64,000 nucleotides of DNA from Kiritimatiellia bacterium (GTDB lineage: Bacteria; Verrucomicrobiota; Kiritimatiellia; RFP12; JBMNHG01), in assembly GCA_050950285.1 (NCBI GenBank), contig JBMNHG010000008.1, positions 744,001 to 808,000 of the forward strand, in the 5' to 3' direction. A program made the position numbers and the translations under genes. Every line of letters begins with the position of its first letter. Position 1 is the first letter of the stretch. Below, in pieces: positions 58,002 to 64,000 of the stretch. The notes below the pieces were generated by a model. That model was not told the DNA's origin. It worked only from the letters and a program-made list of their open reading frames with translations, and did no database searches.

Positions 58002-58070
58002 TGTCGGGTTCCTTTCGGGTTTCACGCTGCAACCGATTCGAAAAAAGGGGAAACGAGGGCTTCCCTCCGG

Positions 58071-58976
58071 CTATTGGGCCGATCGGGGGCCGCCGGCCGG
58101 GGTCTCGCCCTCGAACCTCGGCTTGATGGGCGGAAGCCCCCGTTCCTCGAGCTCGGCGTTGATTTCCTCGAGCCCGGCGAGGCATTCGTCGTCGGAGAGT
58201 TCCGCGTCGGCCAGCAAAGCGTCGAACTCCTGGCGCTTCTCGTGGGCGAACTGGGCGTCTTCGTTGCGTACCTGTTCGAGCGCCTTGAGGTATTCCACGG
58301 TGGTCCAGCCTTCCTTCCGGGCCTCCGCAAGGTCGAGCTTCGTCCAGCCCACCTTCACCTTGTGCGCCTCGAGCCGCTCCGAGTCGTCCTCGTTGATGAC
58401 GATGTCGGTGACGGCGGCCTCGTCGGCGTCCGCCTCGAGGTCGTCGATGTCGGAAAGCGGAAGCGGCGGAACGGGGACGCCCGCAGGGATGCCTTCCATC
58501 ATGGAGATGAGCTGCTCGGTGTGGGTCTTGAAGGCGGGTTCTTTCGCCTGGGCGGCGGGCTCCTCCCCGGCCGCCTCGGCCGTGGTCTCGTTGGAAGCCG
58601 CGCCTCCCGATTCCGGCGCGGACGCCTCCGAAGCTCCGGCAGTCTCGGCGGCCCGGCGGGCGGCGGGCCCTCCGGCGGGCGGGGGACGGTCCGGCCGGGC
58701 GGCCTCCGTGCCGGGTCGCGAGGGAGGGGGCTCCGGCGCGGGAAGCAGCGCCGGAGCGGCGGGGCCGCCTTCCGCGGGCGCCGGCGGCGCCGCCTGGCGG
58801 GAACGCTTCATCATCGCGATCGACAGGCCGGACAGCGCGCCCAGTATCGCAAGGGTGAGCAGGACGAAGAGGAAAGAGGGCTTTTTCGGAGGCGGCGCAG
58901 AGGCCGAACCCGATCCGGTCCCGTCATGGAGGATGATTTTGGACATGGCGGTTTGTGGATGGAACGCTTTCTCCAT
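58071..58976 (-). CDS. Hypothetical membrane-anchored protein with Pro/Ala-rich linker
   Basis: One TM segment and an acidic helical C-terminus; upstream TTGCCT-17-TACAAT. The start may be ATG ~58946. Confidence 0.7.
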   Translation of the reverse strand: MEKAFHPQTAMSKIILHDGTGSGSASAPPPKKPSFLFVLLTLAILGALSGLSIAMMKRSRQAAPPAPAEGGPAAPALLPAPEPPPSRPGTEAARPDRPPPAGGPAARRAAETAGASEASAPESGGAASNETTAEAAGEEPAAQAKEPAFKTHTEQLISMMEGIPAGVPVPPLPLSDIDDLEADADEAAVTDIVINEDDSERLEAHKVKVGWTKLDLAEARKEGWTTVEYLKALEQVRNEDAQFAHEKRQEFDALLADAELSDDECLAGLEEINAELEERGLPPIKPRFEGETPAGGPRSAQ

Positions 58977-59022
58977 CGGCGCGATCGATTGTACCCTCCG
59001 CGCCTCCGTCAGGCAAGCCTGC

Positions 59023-60468
59023 TCACAGGCCGAGCGAGTCGAAGGCGCCGGAGAGCGAACCGAAGGATTCCGAGGAAGAGCGCTGGTTCGCGAGGAAGGC
59101 GGCGGTGTCCGCCTCGTCGGTGTTCCGGGAGGCGTTCCAGCGGGAGGGGAGGGTGAGGGAGATGCGCTGGCCGTCGTTCTCTTTCACAACCACCTTCAGC
59201 TTGCTTCCCGGCTCGAAGGCCCGCTCCAGCAGGGCGGAGGGGTTGCCGCGCCGGCCCACGTCGGTCTCGGCGATGTGCAACAGCCCGGTCTGCGTCTCCG
59301 AAAGCCGGACGAATACGCCGAAATCACGGATGCCCTCGACAATGCCTTCGACTTCGACGCCGGGCTCGAGCGCGCCGGGCCGAAGCGAGGCCACCCGCTC
59401 GTCCACCGGCCTGAGGCCGATGCGGCGGCGCTCGACGTCCACGGTCTCCACCTGCACGAGCAGCTCCTGGCCCACGGCGACCGCCTCGCGCGGATGCGAG
59501 AGGCGGCGCCCGCTGCCGAGCTTGCCGATGGCGACGAGGCCTTCCACGCCGGGCTCGACCTGCACGAAGGCCCCGAAGGGCTCCAGGTGCACCACTTTGC
59601 CGATGAAGGAGGAGCCGACCGGATGGCGGGCGACGACGCCGTCCCACGGATCGGCGGTGACGCCACGCAGGGAGAGGGAGATGCGGTTGCGCCCGGCGTC
59701 GATTTCCCGCACAAGCACCTGCACGCGGTCCCCGACGTCCGCCACGTCCCCGGGCTTCGCGTTGCGATCCCACGAAATCTCCTTGAGCGGCACAAGACCC
59801 TCGATACCGCCGAGGTCCACGAACAACCCGAAGTCGACGAGACGGGTGACCGTCCCCTCGCGCATCTGGCCTTCGGCAAGCTGCGCAAGCAACGCTTCGC
59901 GCTGGGCCTCGCGGTCGCGCTCCAGCAACTGGCGGCGGGAGAGGACGAGGTTCTTCTCCTCCGGATCGTACTCGACGACCAGGAAGGGAAGGCGCTGGCC
60001 CACATAGACGGCGCCCTCGCGCTTGAAAAGGTCGATCTGCGAGAAGGGGCAGAAGCCACGCTGCCCATCCACCTCGATCTCGTAGCCGCCGTTGATCTCC
60101 GCCTTGACGAGGCCTTCGACCGGGAGACCCGCCTCCCGGGCGGCCTGGATGCTGCGGTCGGCGGCGACAGCGTCGGCGATGCGCGTCGTAAAAAGGAAGG
60201 CCCCTCCGTCCACGCGCGAGAAGATCACCTCGATTTCCTGCCCGGGGGTCACCATCAGGTCGCCATCCGAATCAAGCAGTTCCGCGGCGGGGACGAGCCC
60301 TTCGTTCTTGGCGTTGACGTCGAGCACGACGTATTCGCCCTTGGTGGAGATGACGACGCCCTTCACGCGCTCGCCCGGGTCGAAGCCCTTGCGGTAGGAG
60401 TCGAGCTGGGCGTTGAGGAGCGCCTCGAAATCGGCCATCGAGGCCTTGCGATCGGAGAAATCGGCCAT
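59023..60468 (-). CDS. Multi-S1-domain RNA-binding protein (ribosomal protein bS1-like)
   Basis: About five S1 repeats (FGLFVDLGGIEGLV, FGAFVQVEPGVEGLV, FGVFVRL...GLLHI, RISLSL). Confidence 0.88.
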   Translation of the reverse strand: MADFSDRKASMADFEALLNAQLDSYRKGFDPGERVKGVVISTKGEYVVLDVNAKNEGLVPAAELLDSDGDLMVTPGQEIEVIFSRVDGGAFLFTTRIADAVAADRSIQAAREAGLPVEGLVKAEINGGYEIEVDGQRGFCPFSQIDLFKREGAVYVGQRLPFLVVEYDPEEKNLVLSRRQLLERDREAQREALLAQLAEGQMREGTVTRLVDFGLFVDLGGIEGLVPLKEISWDRNAKPGDVADVGDRVQVLVREIDAGRNRISLSLRGVTADPWDGVVARHPVGSSFIGKVVHLEPFGAFVQVEPGVEGLVAIGKLGSGRRLSHPREAVAVGQELLVQVETVDVERRRIGLRPVDERVASLRPGALEPGVEVEGIVEGIRDFGVFVRLSETQTGLLHIAETDVGRRGNPSALLERAFEPGSKLKVVVKENDGQRISLTLPSRWNASRNTDEADTAAFLANQRSSSESFGSLSGAFDSLGL

Positions 60469-60719
60469 GGTGGGACTATCGCCTTGACGGATTGTTGCGG
60501 GGAGAACCGCAGGGAAGGAAAGGAAAGTCAGGATATGCGCTGCAAGCGCATGAAGTCCAGTCAAAAGAGGTTCCTAAATCGGTTTGGCGACAGGGGCAGG
60601 TGCGCCAGGGGGACCGGGACGGGCGTCCGCTCGTCCGCAATCCGGAATGGCGGTCGGGGACGCTCCCGCCCCGTCCCGCACCCTTGCCACCAGCCGGATA
60701 CGATTTCCAGGTAAGGGAA

Positions 60720-60850
60720 GAGGCGCTTGCAAAACCCTTTGCCCCTGGGGACCGCCGTCCTCGGCGGGCCGGCGGGCGGGTGCTGCCTGGGGACCGCCGT
60801 CCCCGGCGGGCTGGATGGATGGAGTCGTCCGGCTCGGTTTCGCAAGAACC
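60720..60850. repeat. REP/MITE-like element, copy 2, with a duplicated internal unit
   Basis: CTTGCAAAAC...GTTTCGCAAG ends enclosing two CCTGGGGACCGCCGTCC(T/C)CGGCGGG units. Confidence 0.7.
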
Positions 60851-60870
60851 TCGGGAAAGGAAAACAAGGG

Positions 60871-60899
60871 TTGCCGTCGGCGTTGGCCCGTGCTACGCT
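60871..60899 (+). promoter_or_regulatory. Putative sigma70 promoter of the right Rhs operon
   Basis: TTGCCG-17nt-(TG)TACGCT, 7 nt before ATG 60907. Confidence 0.55.
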
Positions 60900-60906
60900 C
60901 CCCACC

Positions 60907-61560
60907 ATGGATGCAGGTTGCATTTCCTCCCTTGGGCCGCGGTTCCGGCGGCGCGCCGTTTTTCTCCGGGCCGTCGCCGCCTGTGCCGCCGCGGCGCTTG
61001 CCGCGACCGCGCCGGCGCTGACGCTCGACGTGCCGCGCCTTCCCGCGCCCGCTTTTGCCGACCGCGAGGCGTCCGCCGACGCCGCCATCCCCGCGTCCGC
61101 CGCCGGCAACCTGCGGCGCTTCCGCCTGGAGCTTTCCTTCGACGCCACCCCCTCGAACAACGTGCAGGCCGCCTTCGGGCGCGACGCCGCGCCGCACGAC
61201 GGCGCGCTGGCGGCGGAGGAGACGGCCTTCGTCGTCGGCTGGGACGGCGGCGAGTGGTTCCTGCGCCCCGCCGGCCTGAAGGAACGCTTCGCCCACGCCC
61301 CCTCCGACGGCCCGGCACCCCGGAGGCGGACCCTCCACGCCGCCATCCGGGTCGACGCGGCGGGCGTCCCGGCGTCGGTCGCGTTCGGCGACGATGCGGG
61401 CGCCTTCGCCTTCGAGGGGCTCCCAGCCTCCCCGCCGCCCCCCTGGCTTTCCCCGGGGGAGTGGGACCTCCTGCGGGTGACCGTCCGCGGCGCGGCGGCC
61501 GCGGAGGAGGACGTCCTCGTCCGCTTCCTGCCCGACGGCGCCGTGATCCTTCTGCGGTAG
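60907..61560 (+). CDS. Secreted hypothetical protein, Rhs-upstream partner
   Basis: Arg-rich N-region plus Ala-rich signal peptide, beta-rich body, ends PDGAVILLR; stop is 4 nt before the Rhs ATG. Confidence 0.8.
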   Translation: MDAGCISSLGPRFRRRAVFLRAVAACAAAALAATAPALTLDVPRLPAPAFADREASADAAIPASAAGNLRRFRLELSFDATPSNNVQAAFGRDAAPHDGALAAEETAFVVGWDGGEWFLRPAGLKERFAHAPSDGPAPRRRTLHAAIRVDAAGVPASVAFGDDAGAFAFEGLPASPPPPWLSPGEWDLLRVTVRGAAAAEEDVLVRFLPDGAVILLR

Positions 61561-61564
61561 AGCC

Positions 61565-64000
61565 ATGGGACTCCTGCAGTCGATGCACCATTGGATGTTC
61601 GCGGGCGCCTGCCTGCTGGCCGGCGTGCCGCTGCTCTTCTGCCTCGGCGCCTGGGCCGGGACGTCGCCCGGCCTGCGCCGCCTCTTCCGCGCTCTCGGCG
61701 ACCGGTTCCGCTCGCTTGCGCCCTCCGTCAGGGCGGCGCTCTCCGCCCTCCTGGTGGTCGCCACCCTGCACGGCGTCCCGAAGGTGCCGCCCGGCGGCAA
61801 TGCCCCGTCTTCCGGCCCTCCCCCGGCGGGCATGGTCTCCGGCGGCCTCCCGGCGCGGCCCGCGCGCGGCCCCTCCTCCGGCCCCCGCCTGACCGCCGGC
61901 CAATACCGGGCCGGCTTCGCGCTCGCGCGCGTCGCCACCAATCCGTCTCCCGCCCTGGCCTCCGTCCCGTCGAACGCCGTCGTCCACGCCCCCTGGACCC
62001 GCTACGGGGTGGCCGAGGACACCTTCTGGCTTCCCGCCACCAACTGGTCCTTCACCCTCGGCACCAACCGCGTCGGGGGGCTGCACGTCTCCAGCAGCGG
62101 CACGCTCTCCTTCGGTTGGCCCAAGGGCTCGCCCCGCGCCCGCCGGATGCCCGACGGCTCGGGCCTCGACTTCCTCGCCCCCCTGCAGACCTCCCTCGGC
62201 ATCGTCCCGCCGGCCGGACGCTTCTGGCACGCCCCGACCGCCTCCAACAGCCTGCTCCTCGCCTGGCAGGACGTCTTCGCCGGCCGCGACGCCGGCCTCC
62301 CCGTCACCTTCCAGGCCGAACTCTTCCCCTCCGGCGACTTCGTCTACCGCTACGACTTGTCCCGGCTGTCCGCCACCAACGCGCTGCCCGCCACCAACTG
62401 GGTCGTCGGCGCCCAGCACGGCGGCGGCGGCGAGACCTTCGCCTTCGGCGGCACGGGCGTCCTCGTCCACGGCCTCGAGCTCCACTGGCGCGCCTTCGGC
62501 ATGCTCGACCCGGACATCGCCGACCACGACGGCGACGGACTCTCCACCTGCGACGAAGTGATGGTCCACGGCACCGACCCCCGCCTGCCCGACACCGACC
62601 TCGACGGCGTTTTGGACGGCGCCGAAGTCGCCGCCGGAACGAGTCCGCTGCTCCGCGACACCGACGGCGACGGGCTCGTCGACGGCTCCGACCCCGACCC
62701 GCTGTCCCCGACGCCGCCCGACGACCTCGACGGCGACGGCATCCCCGACGCCTGCGAAACGGCGAAGTTCGGCGGCACCAACGCGGTGGACAGCCTCGCC
62801 TTCGACCCCGGCGGGACCGGCTTCCCGCTCTCCACGAAGATCGCGGCGGGCATGGACCCCTTCGCGGAGGCTTCCGCTCCGACGAACCTCGCCTGGAACC
62901 TCGCCTCCCTCAAGCTCTTCGACGCCTTCCGGTGCGACCTCCCCGCCGGCGGCACGAACCGGGTGTACGAGCGCACCTTCACGATCGACCGCGACGGCGG
63001 CTGGCAGCAGTACTTCCTCTCCGCCTCCTCGAATGCGCCCGCAGGCTGGTCGCTGGAGGGCATGACGCTCGAATGGGCCGACTCCGAAGGCGGAAGCGGC
63101 ACCGCGACCGCCTCGCCGCCCGACGACAGCCTCTGGCTCCCCGTCTCGACGAACGCGCTGCAACTGACCCTCGCGCTCCGCGCCACCTCGACGAATTCGA
63201 CCTGCCCACAGCCGCTGTACCTGCTGGCCTGGGCGCCGGGCGTCCTCGTGGGCGGCGCCGGGGCGGCGGCGGAAATCAACGGCGCGCGCTGCCAGGCCGT
63301 CGAATGGACGGGCGGCGGGACGTCGGTCGGCGTCCGCTACGACTTCTCCAACCGCCCCTGCCGCGCCGCGCCCTCCGAGATGGAGCAGGCCGCGCTCCTC
63401 GACCCGTTCCCCGGCGAAGCCCGCCTCGCCTTCACGCCGGACGGCGGCTTCACGGGCGGCTCGCTCGCGGCGAAGGCGCCCGGCATCTACGACGTGCCCG
63501 GATGCACGATCGCCCCCGCGCCGCCCCCGGCGCGGCGGGGCGCCCGGGGCGCGGGCGGCAGGGACGACCCCGGGGAAGGCCCGGTCGAACGCCTCCTCTT
63601 CTTCGAACCCCGCATCGCCTACGGCGACGGCCGCCACGGCGGATGCGGGACCACGCTCTTCTTCGACGCCGCGACGGGCGACTACGAGCCCGCTTCCGAC
63701 TACCCCCTCGACAGCCGGTGCCTCCGGGAGGGCTGGCGGCAGGATGCCACGGGCGGCCACCCGTGCGACTGCAGGGCCGAAATCGGCTACGGCGACCCGG
63801 CGCTGGCCGCGTACTTCGACGAAACCGTCGAAGACGACGGCCTTCGCGCCACCGGCACCATCTTCTTCGACGGCAGGCCGGTCTGGAGCGGGGAGGCCAT
63901 CCACCGCGTCGGCGAAAGATGCCACGACCCCTTCTACGACGAATGCGGCGACTGCGCGTCCGGATGCGCCGACGGCGACTGCGACGGCCTCGAAGGCGAC
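61565..64000 (+). CDS. Second large Rhs-family paralog, N-terminal ~812 aa (truncated by window end)
   Basis: Starts MGLLQSMHHWMF like 3299-10786 and stays in frame to the window end (...DCDGLEGD, cf. DCDGFEGP). The YD region lies outside the window, so Rhs identity is inferred from paralogy. Confidence 0.88.
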   Translation, partial: MGLLQSMHHWMFAGACLLAGVPLLFCLGAWAGTSPGLRRLFRALGDRFRSLAPSVRAALSALLVVATLHGVPKVPPGGNAPSSGPPPAGMVSGGLPARPARGPSSGPRLTAGQYRAGFALARVATNPSPALASVPSNAVVHAPWTRYGVAEDTFWLPATNWSFTLGTNRVGGLHVSSSGTLSFGWPKGSPRARRMPDGSGLDFLAPLQTSLGIVPPAGRFWHAPTASNSLLLAWQDVFAGRDAGLPVTFQAELFPSGDFVYRYDLSRLSATNALPATNWVVGAQHGGGGETFAFGGTGVLVHGLELHWRAFGMLDPDIADHDGDGLSTCDEVMVHGTDPRLPDTDLDGVLDGAEVAAGTSPLLRDTDGDGLVDGSDPDPLSPTPPDDLDGDGIPDACETAKFGGTNAVDSLAFDPGGTGFPLSTKIAAGMDPFAEASAPTNLAWNLASLKLFDAFRCDLPAGGTNRVYERTFTIDRDGGWQQYFLSASSNAPAGWSLEGMTLEWADSEGGSGTATASPPDDSLWLPVSTNALQLTLALRATSTNSTCPQPLYLLAWAPGVLVGGAGAAAEINGARCQAVEWTGGGTSVGVRYDFSNRPCRAAPSEMEQAALLDPFPGEARLAFTPDGGFTGGSLAAKAPGIYDVPGCTIAPAPPPARRGARGAGGRDDPGEGPVERLLFFEPRIAYGDGRHGGCGTTLFFDAATGDYEPASDYPLDSRCLREGWRQDATGGHPCDCRAEIGYGDPALAAYFDETVEDDGLRATGTIFFDGRPVWSGEAIHRVGERCHDPFYDECGDCASGCADGDCDGLEGD

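Noticed and set aside
60590..60690. GC-rich imperfect hairpin upstream of the S1-domain gene, considered as a riboswitch or leader
   Set aside because: No recognisable riboswitch consensus; such pairing is expected at this GC content.
61565..62860. Possible DGR template/variable repeat (a few A/G differences between the Rhs copies, e.g. TAC to TGC)
   Set aside because: No reverse transcriptase in the window, differences are not adenine-restricted, and the repeat is long and N-terminal.

Overview
High-GC bacterial DNA, most likely from the PVC superphylum. It carries the Chlamydia/Verrucomicrobia/Planctomycete small basic signature protein, and the gene style suggests Kiritimatiellae/Lentisphaerae. 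The left end (1-10.9 kb, minus strand) is an Rhs/YD polymorphic-toxin locus: a 2495-aa Rhs with a permuted papain-like tip, a low-GC GspG-pseudopilin-like gene in the immunity slot, and two internally deleted orphan Rhs modules (one with an HExxH tip, one cut by the window edge) with small membrane-protein genes. The right end (60.9-64 kb, plus strand) begins a paralogous Rhs operon. Its promoter and first ~1.3 kb of coding sequence are almost identical to the left copy, so the two form an inverted repeat around ~50 kb of mostly housekeeping and accessory genes. That interval includes a gingipain-like C25 peptidase, an amidohydrolase, DinG, a GlmU-like protein, LOG, GH109, an FG-GAP pseudogene, yejAB-like ABC genes, a PaaK-like ligase, pyrB, tRNA-Ala(CGC), lemA/M48, DRTGG-PHP-HATPase genes, efp, tkt, panC, a tandem DEDDh exonuclease with complementary motif loss, MATE, an ECF sigma/anti-sigma pair, an MFS-spermidine synthase fusion and an S1-domain protein. 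All calls come from manual motif reading; no database searches were run.
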